64,000 nt of DNA from Octopus sinensis (GCF_006345805.1 NC_043012.1:5828001-5892000); one strand, 5' to 3'; counted from the stretch's first letter, positions 24,451 to 39,251 are shown. Program-made: numbers and translations. Notes: generated by a model from the letters alone, not told the origin.

Positions 24451-25815
24451 GAGGATGAATGTAAAAGTCAGAAGAAATGCCACTTAGCATTTTGTCCAGC
24501 ATAGCAACAATTCTGGTGACTCACTGACCTCATACACAAAAGTATTTAATATATGAAATACAATAAGGAATTGTATATAAAAATACAATAGCAGAATTGT
24601 TGGCACAATGGACAAAATGGTTAGCAGTATTTTATCTGTCCTTACATTCTGAGTTCAAATTCCACCAAGGTTCACTTTGCCTTAAGGATGAATGTAATTG
24701 ACTGAACCCCTCCCCAGAAACTGCTGGTGTTGTGCCAAAATTTGAAATCAATGTATAGAATACATTTCTGACATATGGTGCTTGTGTTGAAAAGGACAGT
24801 AATGAAGAATTGAAGCACACCAAACAGATCTTATGTTACCTTGTCTTGGATCTGTTCAATCTCAAGCAGCAGTAACTTTCTTCAGTTGAATACATGTCAT
24901 TGATTGGTTAAAATTACCCAAATATGACAACTTTAACATGAAATAACTTCTAAAATACAAACTGTTATCAAAAACGTTAAGAGTAAACCCAGTCCTACGT
25001 GACAGATTCAACCAGTAACCAAAGTTTCAAAGTGTTTAATTTAAAAAATCAATTAAAAAAATCTGTGCTTGAGACTGAAAAGACCCCTTTTCTTGACATT
25101 ACATGATAGTTGTAAAACGATTGTCACTGTCTCAAGCAGTGTCATCCATTTCCAGTACTCTGCAAGAACAAACCTGGCCATTGGGAAATAATACTTTGCT
25201 TGGAAACATGTAGGATTTGGCAACAGGAACAGTATCCAGCTGTGGAAAATCTGTCTCAATAAACTCTGTCTGACCCAGGCAAGCATGGAAAAGTGGCTGT
25301 TAAGATGATGATGATGATGATCACATAAAAACAAGAAATTTGTATCATAGAACCAGGAGCTGTCTTAGTTCATATGAAACTGTGTTAATCATTTGGTTAT
25401 ACTTCATTCTTTTTTTCTGTTTTATTCCCCCCCCCCCACCTTACATATCATTCCCATATGAACTGTCAGTCTCTCATGTCAGAGTTGAACTACAAATGAT
25501 GGAGAGGCAGCATAATAAATAGCTGTATATGCAGAAACATATCAGAAGAGAATGTTTGTATTATACTGAGAGCAAAAACGACACACAAAGGCTGGTCTTT
25601 TTTGATATAATTTTAGGCCTGGGTTTTTATAAGAGGATAATGGAGATAATAAAGCTGGTATTGACGGTGGTTGTGGTGGTGGATTTTGGTGACAATGGTG
25701 TTGTTGATTGTTTAGTTCTAGGTCAGCCCTGATGAAGTAGACCTCTGACCAAATATATTTCAACTGTGCTCATCATGTCATTTTGTTTATTATTGTCCAG
25801 TCTATCTAGTACTGT

Positions 25816-26117
25816 GGAGGCGCAATGGCCCAGTGGTTGGGGCAGAGAACTCGCGGTCGTAGGATTGCGGTTTCGATTCCCAGACCGGGCGTTGTGAGTA
25901 TTTATTGAGCGAAAACACCCAAAGCTCCATGAGGCTCTGGCATGGGGTGGTGGCGATCCCTGCTGTACTCTTTCGCCACAACTTTCTTTCACTCCTTATT
26001 CTGTAGCCCTGCTCGCTTAGCCAGCGGGGTGGCGTCATTTGAAGGCTAAAACAATGCGAAGTGCATTGTGACCAGCGATGTGTAGCAGCATCTGATAGCC
26101 TGGTCGGTCACGGTGAC
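25816..26117 (+). mobile_element. tRNA-derived SINE, third type (ggaggcgcaatggcccagtggtt..ggtttcgattccc), CpG-retaining
   Basis: A/B-box-like head followed by a non-tRNA body; related heads at 29533, 39685 and 42270. Confidence 0.75.
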
Positions 26118-26419
26118 TATCTAGTACTACATTATTTGTTGTGTTTTCCTATTATTTTTAAATTGATAGGATCTTTTACTTGGTTCAGTTATTGGACTGC
26201 GGCCATGTTGGGGCACCATCTCAAAGGGTTTCTCATGCAAATTAACCCCACTACTGTTTTTTTGTTTTTTTTTCCCCCTCAAGTCTGGTACTTATTCTGT
26301 TGGTTTCTTTGGCTGAACTGACAAGTTATGGGGATGTAAACAAACCAACACAATTGTCAAGTGGTGGTGGTGGTTGTGTGTGTGTGTGGGGGAGGGAGAA
26401 ACACAAAAAGACACACACA

Positions 26420-26785
26420 GGAGTGGCTGCGTGGTAAGAAGCTTGCTTACCCAACCACATGGGCCCGGGTTCAGTCCCACTGTGTGGTACCTTGGGCAAG
26501 TGTCTTCTACTACAGCCTCAGAGCGACCAAAGCCTTGTAAGTGGACTTGGTAGAATGAAACTGAAAGAAGCCCATTGTATACGTGTGTGTGTGTGTATGT
26601 ATGTATATATGTATATGTTTGTGTCTGTATTTGTCCCCCACCTTCACTTGACAACTGATGTTAGTGCGTTTACATCCTTTTAACTTAGCGGTTCGGCAAA
26701 AGTGACTGATAGAATAAGTACTAGGTTTACTAAGGTGGTGCTCCAGCATGGCTGCAGTTGAATGACTGAAATAAATAAAAGAAAA
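26420..26785 (+). mobile_element. SINE family A
   Basis: Match to the consensus. Confidence 0.85.
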
Positions 26786-27531
26786 AAAATATATATATAT
26801 ATATATTAAGGCAGTGAGCTGGCAGAGTCGTTAACACTTTGAGCAAAAATGCTAAGGGCCATTTTGTCCTTTACAATCTCGAGTTCAGCTTCTGCTCAGG
26901 TTGACTTTACACACATGAGATGAGCTTCTTTCAGTTTCTGTCTACCAAATCCACTCATAAGGCTTTGGCTGGCGTGGGGGCCTATAGTAGAAGACATTTG
27001 CTGAAGGTGTGGCACAGTGGGACTGAAATGGAGACGATATGGTTAGGAGAAGCAAACTTCTTAATCACACGACCACTGTATCATATGAAGAATCTTTGAC
27101 TGTTGTTTCTAGCATATCAAGCTTTCATCATCATCATCATCATCACCCAACCCCTCCCGTCCCCATCGAGGTCTCCTCATTGAGGGTTGCCGTATAGTGA
27201 AGAATATGCTTAGTTTAGAGAGTTGCTCTGCTCAGAAACAAGGTTAGTGGTAGTGGTGGTGGTGGTGGCAGTAGGCAGGTGAATTAAAGCTGGGGATTTG
27301 CAGGTTATTTAAGTCTTTGTCAGGGGTCTGGAAGTGTAGAAGGACGGGGGGGGGGATTGTAGGGTAATGGTGGGAGTGCACCACAAAAATAGTATGTTTC
27401 TGAGATGTGGGGGTGAAGAGGAATAAGATGCCAGTGTATTTGGCTTATTGCTGACTCTTAAGATTCTAGCAACTCTGTTGATGATGATGATGATGATAAT
27501 GACTGTTATGATGATGATGATAATGACTGTT

Positions 27532-27564
<33 letters not shown>

Positions 27565-27802
27565 GCTGTTATGATGATAGTGCTCACACTTTTTATTGTT
27601 ATTATTGAATTTTTGCTTGCCATTTACATCCCCCACCCCCGTATCCTCTCTCTGCTGCCATCATCGGCACATCATCTCACCTACTACTTTCATCATCATC
27701 ATCATCATCATCATCACTCTTGCAGCTGTCACCATCATCACTATTTGCTATTATAACCATCTGTGTGTACCACCTCCACCACTGTCATCAAAATCAATTT
27801 AG

Positions 27803-27840
<38 letters not shown>

Positions 27841-27903
27841 TCTACATCATTGGTACCACCGGCAACATGAATACATCTTCACTATCATCCCCACCACCAC
27901 CAT

Positions 27904-27952
<49 letters not shown>

Positions 27953-27954
<2 letters not shown>

Positions 27955-29110
27955 CTTCACCACCACCACCACTACCATCACTAAGTAATTGTCCTCCTCC
28001 GCACACACACACACACACCATTGCAGATTTGAAAGAAAATTCATTTCTAAAAGTGGAGTGTGTGTATGTGTGTATATGAATGCACTTGCCTACACACACA
28101 CACACACACACACACATATGCATATATACATACATGTGTGTGTGTGTGTATGTATGTATTTATATTTAACCCCTTGCTCAGTTTACCTAAATAACTCCCA
28201 GCATGTTTCTCCCCCCCTCTAGCCTGGCCCTTCTCCATCCACCGCACCACCTATACCCTGTTCTAACCTGTACCTTCACCAGCCCTCCCCCCTACACCAC
28301 AGGGTACCCCTTTTATTCTTCTCTTTTCCTTTTTCCTTTTGGTTAAAGTCTTTGAATCTTATTCCCACACCACATCAAAAGGGAAAGGTGGCTTCATACA
28401 GAAGTGGGGTGGGAGTGGTGTTTAAGCAAAAGTGTGGCATCTAGTGGTGATTGGTGGTGGAGGCAGTGGCGGGGGGGGGGAGCAAGAATTTTTTTATAAA
28501 CTACTACTACTACTATACTACTACTACTACTACTACTACTACCTTCACCACCACCATCACTACCATCACTAAGTAATTGTCCTCCTCCGCACACACACAC
28601 ACACACCATTGCAGATTTGAAAGAAAATTCATTTCTAAAAGTGGAGTGTGTGTATGTGTGTATATGAATGCACTTGCCTACACACACACACACACACACA
28701 CACATATGCATATATACATACATGTGTGTGTGTGTGTATGTATGTATTTATATTTAACCCCTTGCTCAGTTTACCTAAATAACTCCCAGCATGTTTCTCC
28801 CCCCCTCTAGCCTGGCCCTTCTCCATCCACCGCACCACCTATACCCTGTTCTAACCTGTACCTTCACCAGCCCTCCCCCCTACACCACAGGGTACCCCTT
28901 TTATTCTTCTCTTTTCCTTTTTCCTTTTGGTTAAAGTCTTTGAATCTTATTCCCACACCACATCAAAAGGGAAAGGTGGCTTCATACAGAAGTGGGGTGG
29001 GAGTGGTGTTTAAGCAAAAGTGTGGCATCTAGTGGTGATTGGTGGTGGAGGCAGTGGCGGGGGGGGGGAGCAAGAATTTTTTTATAAACTACTACTACTA
29101 CTACTACTAC
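27953..29110. repeat. 588-bp tandem duplication (copy 1 about 27953-28540, copy 2 about 28541-29110) bounded by (CTA)n
   Basis: Near-identical sequence with an offset of exactly 588; the ORF track also repeats (27989 and 28577, 28047 and 28635). Confidence 0.95.
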
Positions 29111-29532
29111 CATCACCACCACTACCACTGCTGCTGTATAGTTCCAGTGATGGTGTTTGCGCTGTGAAAGGAAAACAAAATCTTTCTTTGCAGATGCTAA
29201 ACGTAAATTAGTTCAGAAATAAGTTGAAGAAAAGGAAAAAAAATATATATATATTCTCAGTTTGGCAAATGGCCAGAAACTTGGATGCGTGGCAGTTGGG
29301 GGTGAGGGTTGGGAGGCAGGAAGTGAGTTTTACATTGACCCCCAGAGGGATGAAAATATTGGTTTCAAATTTTGGTACATGGCCAGCAATTTGGGGAAGA
29401 TGGGGGCCAGTAGATTACATTGACCCCCCCCCCCCCCGGGTGCTCAGCTGGTACTTATTTCATTGACCCCAAAGGCTTGAAAGCTAAAGTCAACTTTTGT
29501 GGAATTTAAAATTGGAATATAAAGGCATGTGT

Positions 29533-29760
29533 GGAGGCACGTGGCTTAGTGGTTAGGGTGTTAGAATCATGATTGTATGATTGTGGTTTCAATTTCTGGA
29601 TCGGGTGATGCATTGTGTTCTTGAACAAAACACTTCATTTCACGTTGCTCCAGTCCACTCTGCTGGCCAAAATGAGCAATCCTGTGATGGACCGGTATCC
29701 CAGGTGGAGAATATAAACACCATGGAAACTGGGAAACCAGCTCTCACGAGTTGTGCAGTC
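29533..29760 (+). mobile_element. tRNA-derived SINE (ggaggcacgtggcttagtggttaggg type)
   Basis: Similar copies at 39685-39960 and 42270-42500. Confidence 0.7.
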
Positions 29761-30177
29761 CTGCACAAAATGACTGCATCCAAATACTGTTTTCTGATTG
29801 GGTGAAAATGATCAAACTTTAAACCTCTATAACTTTCTAAAACATTTTTTTTTTACAAATGAAATAACTCCAGTTAAGTTTGGGTAAGTGTATTAATTAT
29901 TGTGCCAAATTTTAAAATTTTTGGTAAACTTCAATTTTTGAAATGTTGGCAGCCAAACTGATAAGTTCCAGTATGACTTGAGAAGAAAACTTTACCTTTA
30001 CCTTAAGCATTCTGTCTGGCATACTAATTATTCTTCCAGCCCACTGCCTTCCCAATAATAATAATAATAATAATAATCCTTTCTTCTGAGGTACAAGGGC
30101 TGAAATTTGGGAGAGGTGCTAGACAATTTACATTGACCCCAATTCTCAACAGGTTCTTATCTTATCAATCCCTAAAG

Positions 30178-30505
30178 CAGTGGTTCTCAACTGGGGTCCA
30201 TATGGCCCCTGAAGGTCCATATAAGATTTTTGGGGATCCATGTAGCTAAACAGTATATTAAGGATCCACAGTAGTATCTTAAGGGCCCTTGAAAAAATTT
30301 TGCTTTAGATGTATGTATTGGTGTGTATTGCAAGAAACAGCTGGGTTTCTTTCTCCAACATTTTTTCATAGTTCAACCTACACAAGTTAATGAGCGAATA
30401 ACAAAATAGGGATTTTTGGAAGAAGTATCTATAAAATTAGTTTTTAAACATTGAATGGCTATGGGGGTCCACCAGAATACAATAGTAATCAAAATAGGCC
30501 ATAAA
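30178..30505. mobile_element. hAT MITE, same family as 56773-57250, right end decayed
   Basis: Left TIR cagtggttctcaac; internal sequence shared with 56773-57250. Confidence 0.8.
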
Positions 30506-30714
30506 TGAAGAAAATAATTGTTTTCCTTTTTTTAAAAATTTTTTTCGATTTCCATCTTCTCTCTGAGGTTGATAAAATAAGCAATAGTAATGTACTGCAA
30601 TCAGTTCATTTGTTTATACCATATTCTTTCTGTCTCTTGTCACCAGTATTGAGCTTATGTAAGGAATTAAGTATTTTCTACACTTGAGTTGTTTGGAGAT
30701 AAAACATACAGATG

Positions 30715-31105
30715 GTGCAGGCATGGCTGTGGGATAAGAAGCTTGCTTCCCAACCACTTGCTTCCAGGTTCAGTCCCACTGCTTAGCACCTTGGGCAAGT
30801 GTCTTCTTCTATAGCCTTAGGCTGATCAAAGTCTTGTGAATGGATTTGGTAGGCAGAAACTGAAAGAAGCCCGTCATATGTATATACATATATATATGCC
30901 TGTATTTGTCCCCCCCCCATCACTTGATACCGATGTTGGTGTGTTTACATCCCCGTAACTTAGCAGTTTGGTAAAAGAGACTGATAGGATAAGTACTAGG
31001 CTTACAAAGAGAAAGTCCTGTGGTCGATTTGTTTGATTAAAGGCAATGCTCCAGCCTGGCCGCAGTCAACTGACTGAAACAAGTGAAAGAATAAAAGAGT
31101 AAAAG
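30715..31105 (+). mobile_element. SINE family A
   Basis: Match to the consensus. Confidence 0.85.
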
Positions 31106-31761
31106 AATGGTGCTACACTAAACTCTGAACCATTTTATGGGATTCAGTCAGAGTGAAGCAGAGGGGGTACTGGTGTACCTCTGACCTTCACAGTTCCTCT
31201 GGGATTAGGGATGTGATTGATACGCTAGATGTTTGGTTAAAACATCTGTGAGTTGATATCTACAGGAAAAACATGGGCAGGAAGAGAATTCTAATGGGTT
31301 GAGGATTATGGGGAGGCAAGTTTTGGCATTGGGGTTAGTATAAGGCCATGGTGTGAGTGATGAGGAAGAGGAGGAGAGATGGGTGTGTCAGGTAAACTTG
31401 GGGGAAGGTTGTGTGACACAAGTTCCAGAGAGCAGAGCACAAGGGTGGGGAAGGGAAGAGTGAAAAAATATAAAAAGCCAGTCTCAAAGAAAGACAGTAT
31501 GTGGCAACGAGGAAGCCATTACATCCTGCTTCCCCACATCCTGATAGAAATAGCAGCCAAATTGCCTTTGAACAATATCATCTTGAGGTAAAAAAAACAT
31601 AATTAAGGAAAAAAAGATGTGATGGTCATGGCTGGAATGCCTTGATTATAGTTCTGCTTGATCAGAGTTGACTAGGGTTATACAGCGACATCAGGTGTGT
31701 ATGTATATGTGTATATATAGATAGATATAATGCATGAGTGTATGTATGTGTGTGTAGATGT

Positions 31762-32118
31762 ATCATCTCATTGTTTAACGTTCATTTTCTGCGCTAGCAC
31801 GGGTTGGACAGTTCGACCGGGGTCTGTGAAGCCAGGGGCTGCACCAGGCTCCAGTCTGATCTGGCAGTGTGTCTACAGCTGGATGCCCTTCCTAACGCCA
31901 ACCACTCCGCGAGTGTAGTGGGTGCTGTTCACGTGCCACCGGCACAGGTGCCAGGGGATTCTGGCATCGGCCACGATTGGTTGGTGCTTTTAACGTGCCA
32001 CCCGCATGGAAGCCAGTCAAGGCAGCGCTGGCATCGGCCACGTTCGGATGGTGGTTCTTATGTGCCATCGGCACAGAAGCCAGTCGAGGCGGCGCTGGCA
32101 TCAGCCACATTCGGATGG
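31762..32118 (-). mobile_element. RTE-LINE 3'-end fragment, CpG-retaining
   Basis: Close match to the reverse of 46610-46830. Confidence 0.85.
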
Positions 32119-32666
32119 CTGATATATATATATAATGTTCTCGGAAAGATTGATCTTGTCTTCTTTCAAAGACAAAAGAATGTTGGGGTTTTTGTACAGT
32201 GGCCTAGCCATTTTATAGTAAGGGTTGTAATAAATTATAGTCATTTCTGTCTGTTTTTCTATGCTGGCATGAGTTAGGGGAGACTTTGAGAAAGTGTTGT
32301 GGTTTGATCTTCTTGAAATAAACCCTTTCTGTTGTCTCTTAAGACATGCACTTAGAACACCTATTCCCAAAACCAAGACACATAATAGAAATATTCTAAA
32401 GAAGGTGATATTTCACAAGGTTTGGCTTTCAATTAAAAAGTTTATTTGATTGCATATTTCGTACGTGTGTGTGTGTGAAAATTAAAATTTATGGACCATA
32501 GAGAAAGTGGGCAGGGCAAAAAATATCCTTTTTTTTCACTAAATTGACCTCTAGCATCATGGGATACGACAATTTCTCTGCTAATTATAATTGGAAAAGC
32601 AGTTTTTGTTGTTGATTCTTTTATTTGTTATGCAATCAAAAGGAAGAGGTTTCACTCACTCAAACA

Positions 32667-32700
<34 letters not shown>

Positions 32701-33119
32701 TGCACACATACAAATGTGCATAGACATATTCTGTATACATACATGCACATGTGTTCTTTCAGAAACTTCTGTACATCCTCACACTTATATAGACACACAC
32801 ACACACACATTTGCTTGCACACACCCATAAACATATCTGCATATATGTATTCATGCACATGCATACATCACCCGTATACTACACGTGCACAAAGAACCGG
32901 AACCAGTTAAACTAAACTAAAAACCATCAATGTTTTAATGACTCAGCTGGAGCTGAAATAACCTGTGTGGGTAACACATACACACACACACACACACACT
33001 TTTTGCATCTTTTTTGGAGAAGCATTTCAGTCTACAAATCTACCCAGTACCCCTTAGACTTCCTGTTTAAGTCTCTCAGCACCCTTAAACTTCCTGTAAT
33101 TATTTTTTGCTTATGGTTG

Positions 33120-33156
<37 letters not shown>

Positions 33157-33709
33157 ATGGCTGTGTAGTTAAGAAGCTCATTTTGCAACCACATGGTTCC
33201 AAGTTCAGTCCCACTTCATGGCACCTTAGGTAAATGTCTTCTGGACCAACCAATGCCTTCTGAGTGGATTTGGTTGACAGAAACTCAAAGGTTGACTTTG
33301 CCTTTCATCCTTTCGGGATCGATAAATTAAGTACCAGCTACACACAGGGGTTGATGTAATCGACTTAATCCCTTTGTCTGTCCTTATTTGTCCCCTCTGT
33401 GTTTAGCCCCTTGTGAGCAATAAAGAAATAAGAAGGCAGTCGTGTGTGTCTGTGTTTGCCTCCCACTATGCTTCACAGCCAGTGTTGGTTTGTTTACATC
33501 TCTCTAACTTAGCGGTTTGGTAATGGAGACCAATAGAATAAGTACCAGACTTGAAATTAAGTTGTGGGCTGGTGGGGATTTATCCTACTAAAAAACTTCG
33601 ATGGCGTTCCAGCATGGTCGTATTTCAATGAATGAAGCAAGTAAAAGATAAAAGATGTGTGTGCATGTATAGGTGCTTAGTGTGTATAACTATGTGTGTG
33701 TATATATAT

Positions 33710-33840
33710 GGCTGTGTGGTATGTAGCCTGCTTACCAACCACACGGTTCCGGGTTCAGTCCCACTGTGTGGCACCTTGGGCAAGTGTCTTCTACTATAGC
33801 CTCGGGCCGATTTGGTAGACGGAAACTGAAAGAAGCCTGT

Positions 33841-33899
<59 letters not shown>

Positions 33900-34085
33900 G
33901 TGTTTGTCCCCCAACATCGCTTGACAACCGATGCTGGTATGTTTAGGTCCCCGTTACTTAGCGGTTCGGCAAAAGAAACCGATAAAATAAGTACTAGGCT
34001 TGCAAAGAATAAGACCTGGGGTCGATTTGCTCGACTAAAAGGCGGTGCTCCAGCATGGCCGCAGTCAAATGACTGAAACACGTAA
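33710..34085 (+). mobile_element. SINE family A
   Basis: Match to the consensus. Confidence 0.88.
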
Positions 34086-34430
34086 AATATATATATATAT
34101 ATATATGAGTATGTGTAGAGATGTCTGTATATGTGTTTGCATGTGTGTGTGTATATACACACATAAGGATTCATTATATGATTTGTGGGTTACTGTTTCA
34201 GCAAAGAATAAAAAAACAACCCCCACCCACCCACACCATTTTTTTTTGTTGACTGCTAGGAGTAAAATCAGGATACTATGAAAGGTCTGTCTACTTAACA
34301 CCTTAATACCAACACACTTGACACCCCCTCCTCTAAAGTGTTCAGAATTTATTTAAAATCCCAATTAAAATCTCATTATAACTTGAATGAGATTTGAGTT
34401 AATCAGCACCAGCATAATATATATGTATAT

Positions 34431-34477
<47 letters not shown>

Positions 34478-36139
34478 CATACATGCATGTGTATATATGT
34501 ATGTATATATATTTATTTATATGTGTGTACGTACGTATACTAATATATTAAGTTGCAGCTTTTTTTTTACTAAGATCCTTCTAATGTGATTCGTTGCATA
34601 TGAAATTCAATGAAACCTTTGAAAATCAAGTGAATAAGGAAGCCTCTATGTGGTTGCTTGTTGTGCTAGAAATCACAACTAAATGTTTCTCAAATTATAC
34701 CCTATCGTCTTGGAAATGGAGTAAGGAGCAGATAGGATAATGGGAAATGTAGTTATGTTTTCATTAGTAATGCATGAGTTAAGGGTTGGATCGTCATGGG
34801 TGGAACCTCTTTGCTCAATCATGGTTGACCTGGGGCTAAACAACTACAGAGACTTATCTCAGTCATTGGACTGCAGCCATGGTGGGGGTGGGGATGGGTG
34901 AGTACCCTATTGAAGGGCTTAGTCAAACAGATCCACTCCTGGGGTACTTTTTTTTTTTAAGCCTGGTACTTATTCTGTCCGTCTCTTTTGCTAAATTGCT
35001 AGTTTACAGGGATGTAAACAAACCCACATTGGTTATCAAGCGGTTGGGTGGTGGTAGTGGGCGAGGGAAACAAATACTTATGCACATACATACATGCACA
35101 CAGCAGGCTTCTACACAGTTTCCATCTACCAAATTCACTCACAAGGCATTGGTAGGCTCAGAGTGGACTCTGCTGAAGATGACCAAATGCCAAGTGATGA
35201 TGGCCATGGTGATGTTAAACTGTAAGGACATAGGAAGCCAACAACAACCTATGAACAGAAATGGTCCTAACTGGGTTCCATACTTTCTCCTACTAACAAG
35301 TTTCACTCACAAGGCTTTGGTTGCTCAGAGGTTTTTACAGAAGATACTTTTGCCAAACCAGCCAACCCATGCCAGCATGGAAAACGGATGTCAAAGGATT
35401 ATGATGATGATGATGATACATACCATAGGTGCCATGCAATGTCTTGGGACATAAAACCATAAAGTTATGAAGTAAAGCTCTTAAACAATACAGTTGTTGG
35501 AAATAGTGATTTCATCAGCTGTTTAATGCCCTGGAAACTAAAGATGTGTACAGGTTCTGTAAATGTTTGTGATTTACAGAGAAAGAGCCTCTATGCAGCC
35601 ACTTGTGTTTGTTGGAAATAGTAGCCAAATCTGCCTCATATTCAATCCTATTGTTTAAAAAGAACAGGACACATTATATAATGTTGTTTTAGGTACAATT
35701 TATAAAAATTACACTGGGTTGTCATCCATCCATCCATGTATACATACGTACATACATATCTTTTTATATTTTGCTTGTTTCAGTCATTAGTCTGTGTCCA
35801 TGCTGGGGTAATGCTTTGAAGAAATTTTAGTCAAATAAATCAACCCCCTGTTACTTTTTCTTTTTAAAGCTTGCTACTTTATCAGTCGCTTTTGCTGAAC
35901 CACCAAGTTACAGGAACATGAACAAACCACCCCGGTAGTCAAGCAGTGTTTGGGGACAAACTAACACATGCACACGTACAACAGAGTTCTTTCAGTTTCC
36001 ATCTACCAAATCCACTCACAAGGCTTTGTTCAGCTTGGCACTATAGTAGAAGACACTTGCCCAGGATGCCATGCAGTGGTACTGAAATCAGAAGCTTGTG
36101 GTTGGTAAGCAAGCTACTGACTATACAACCACTCTTGTA

Positions 36140-36181
<42 letters not shown>

Positions 36182-36933
36182 TCTATACACACACACTATG
36201 CAACAAATGCATCATACAAACCATGAGGCAGACAGATAGACCCATTCTTGAAAAAATTGACGTCATCTGATCCAGACACCACTTGCCCTACATTATTCTA
36301 AAGCAACCCACATATGCCACACCCCTCCAATTTCATATATAAACATAGATTTCTGTAATTTCCTTTTTTGACTGTCTGTTTTCGTAGGTGGGACGTGGGA
36401 GTGGGGTACACTTTATTTGCATTTCTCACCCCCACCCACCCCCAAACCACTTCCGCCTATTCCACCTCAATTACTTTGCACTTATACTCCTTACTTCAAC
36501 CCGGTCCTATCCCATTCTCATCAAATAATGAATCCTTAGCAATTAAACACCCCTTTTTTTATTCTTCCAAGTTCAGGATCATTATCAGAGTTTTAAATCA
36601 AATATGTGTGTGTGTGTATAAGAGAGAGAGTGTGTGTGTATGTATATGTATATACATACACATATTTGTGCCTATATACATATATATACACACACACACA
36701 TACACACATGTATGTAAATATCTATACATGTTTGTATGTGAAAATTTTGGCTGGCATCTAAAGAAGAGAAATCCATTGGTGTCAGGTCAGGTGAATGTGG
36801 AAGCCATTCGATGCTGCCCCATCTTCTAAACCAATGCTATGGAAAGGCTTGGTTACGGTACTCCCTTACTGTCAATGCATGATGTCGAGGTGATCCATCT
36901 TGCTGAATAATGGTTCCATATTTTCCTATAATT

Positions 36934-37007
36934 AAGATCTAAACTGTTAATATATGAATGCGAAAGAGATAGTTGGATAACTGGAAGCCTCCTTTTGGGC
37001 CACCCTG
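36934..37007. mobile_element. Tc1/mariner-type terminal fragment (..ttttgggccaccctg|ta)
   Basis: About 75 bp shared with the right end of 58607-58820; ends in TA. Confidence 0.7.
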
Positions 37008-37029
37008 TATATATATATATATATATATA

Positions 37030-37436
37030 TACTCTTTTTACTCTTTTACTTGTTTCAATCATTTGACTGCGGCCATGCTGGAGCACCGCCTTTAATCGAG
37101 CAACTCGACCCTGGGACTTATTCTTTGTAAGCCCAGTACTTATTTTATCGGTCCCTTTTGCTGAACCGCTAAGTGACGGAGACATAAACACACCAGCATC
37201 GGTTGTCAAGCAATGCTAGGGGGACAGACACACAAACACACACACATACACATACATATATATATATACATATACATATATACGACGGGCTTCTTTCAGT
37301 TTCCGTCTACCAAATCCACTCACAAGGCCCGAGGCTATAGTAGAAGACACTTGCCCAAGGTGCTACACAGTGGGACTGAACCTGGAACCATGTGGTTGGT
37401 ATGCAAGCTGCTTACCACACAGCCACTCCTGCGCCT
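37030..37436 (-). mobile_element. SINE family A
   Basis: Reverse complement of the consensus. Confidence 0.88.
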
Positions 37437-37445
37437 ATATGTATG

Positions 37446-37523
<78 letters not shown>

Positions 37524-39005
37524 ATTAATGTACATGTATTTTGAAAAGCCAAAAGCTGCAGTTTTTGTTCAAGTAAAAAATATTTTTAGACATATTGTGT
37601 TAAATAAACACAATATGCTTCAAAACTGTATTCCCTTTTGTCATCTCTCATAAACAATCTGAATATGTGCCCCTGGAAAGTTCCTTTCCATAGTGCTGAC
37701 TTGGGCAAAAGAGTATTTTTTTTTCCGTTAACACTTACAGATGCCTATGGATGCCACAGATGTTGTCCAAGGGAAGGGCAGGATCTCATATCACTTTGTT
37801 ACCAAAGTATTTACAGATGGTGCTGGTAGAACAGATACCACAAGACATCCTGTCTTACACTTTGGCAATTCTACTAATCCACTGTCCTGGGCTAGTACTG
37901 TATTCATCAATCCCAAAACAATGCAAAGCTAAGTTGACCTTAGCAGGATTTGAACTCAGATTGCAGAGCATCAGTAGAAATACTGCAAGGCATTCTATCC
38001 AGTGCTGTAACATTGTATGTCAATTTACTTTCATCAATGACCATATTTTTAATGAAATACATTGCCTATGTGTTTTAATTAACTTTTAAAATAATCAAAA
38101 ATTAGGACAGATTTAGTAAAATAATTTTTTTTCTTACTTCTTCAGCTGCTTTTATTTAACCCCAGGTCAACTCTCATTGAACAAACCTATGATCAAAGGC
38201 ATTCCAACTGTGACCATCCTGTCATTTTTGTAGTGTTTTTGAGACCATTTCATTTAATGTGTTCCCTTTTTAAAGACTGGTGTGTTGTGCAAGGGAGATT
38301 TGACTGCTATTTCTAAAAGGTCAAGAGATTAACCTTGTTGAGACTTCCTCAGCAGCTCATCATTTTTATTTCTTTGGCACAATTATATTGATGTTTGGAA
38401 TATAACAAAATGTTTTTAATTAAAATTATATAATTAAATGTTTTAATTAAAATATGAGCACATTAAAATTAGTTTTCATATTATTAAACCAGAGGCAGCA
38501 TTAGATGAGTTGGAATCTAATGGCCTAACTGTGTTTTTATATTTGGAAATATGTTGGACAAGTGGTACAGATGCATCTTTCTTAACCTTCTTGTTTTTGT
38601 CATCATCATCATCAGGAAAACCTGCCACAGCAGAATTGAAATCCTAAGATCAAGGTACCATGTAAAAAGCACTAGTGTTGGTGCCTCTTAAAAAGCACTC
38701 AGTCCATTCTGTGGAATGGTCGGCATTGGGAAGGGCAACTGGCCATAGAAACCGTCGAACTGTCCAACTCATGCCAGCATGGAAAACAGATGTTAAATGA
38801 TAATGATGATGATGATGATGATTTATTCCATAGAGATGTATGAAATACAAGGACAGATTTACTAATGCACACACACACACTCTCATTCAGAAATGCACTT
38901 TTACCACTACCATTTCTTGTACTAAAGGGATTATTCTAAATCTCCAGGTACCATTCTTAACCATATGTTGACCTTATCGGAGTCTGGAATCTTGGTTCTG
39001 CTTAC

Positions 39006-39096
39006 CGTCAGACATTCACCATGATTTTCAGTGCAGGAAATTCTATAATCCATATATCGTTGCAGAAGAAAATGCAGACTCTGAAGTACAGGGTAT
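39006..39096 (-). CDS. Candidate phase 2-0 exon, 91 nt (xYPVLQSLHFLLQRYMDYRISCTENHGECLT)
   Basis: Acceptor ttgttctctgcaatttcctgctgcaccag, strong donor acg|gtaagc, a single open frame. Confidence 0.35.
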
Positions 39097-39216
39097 CTGG
39101 TGCAGCAGGAAATTGCAGAGAACAAATTTTGCCTCACTCCTTCATTACGTCTCCAGCCATTCCTTTCTCCATCTCTCTCTATATTTTTTCTGTCAATCTC
39201 TTCATATGTGTGTTTG

Positions 39217-39251
<35 letters not shown>

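Noticed and set aside
27113-27242. Plus-strand AG..GT segment with open frame HIKLSSSSSSSPNPSRPHRGLLIEGCRIVKNMLSLESCSAQKQ
   Set aside because: The acceptor derives from a dispersed repeat (gatttgactgctatttctagca family) and part of the frame is (TCA)n; not distinguishable from chance.
34879-35454. 191-aa ORF
   Set aside because: Read-through of antisense SINE A pieces and an RTE tail.
37741-38089. Plus-strand acceptor followed by overlapping open frames of 63 and 112 aa
   Set aside because: It runs into a SINE B remnant, has no good donor and no recognisable homology.
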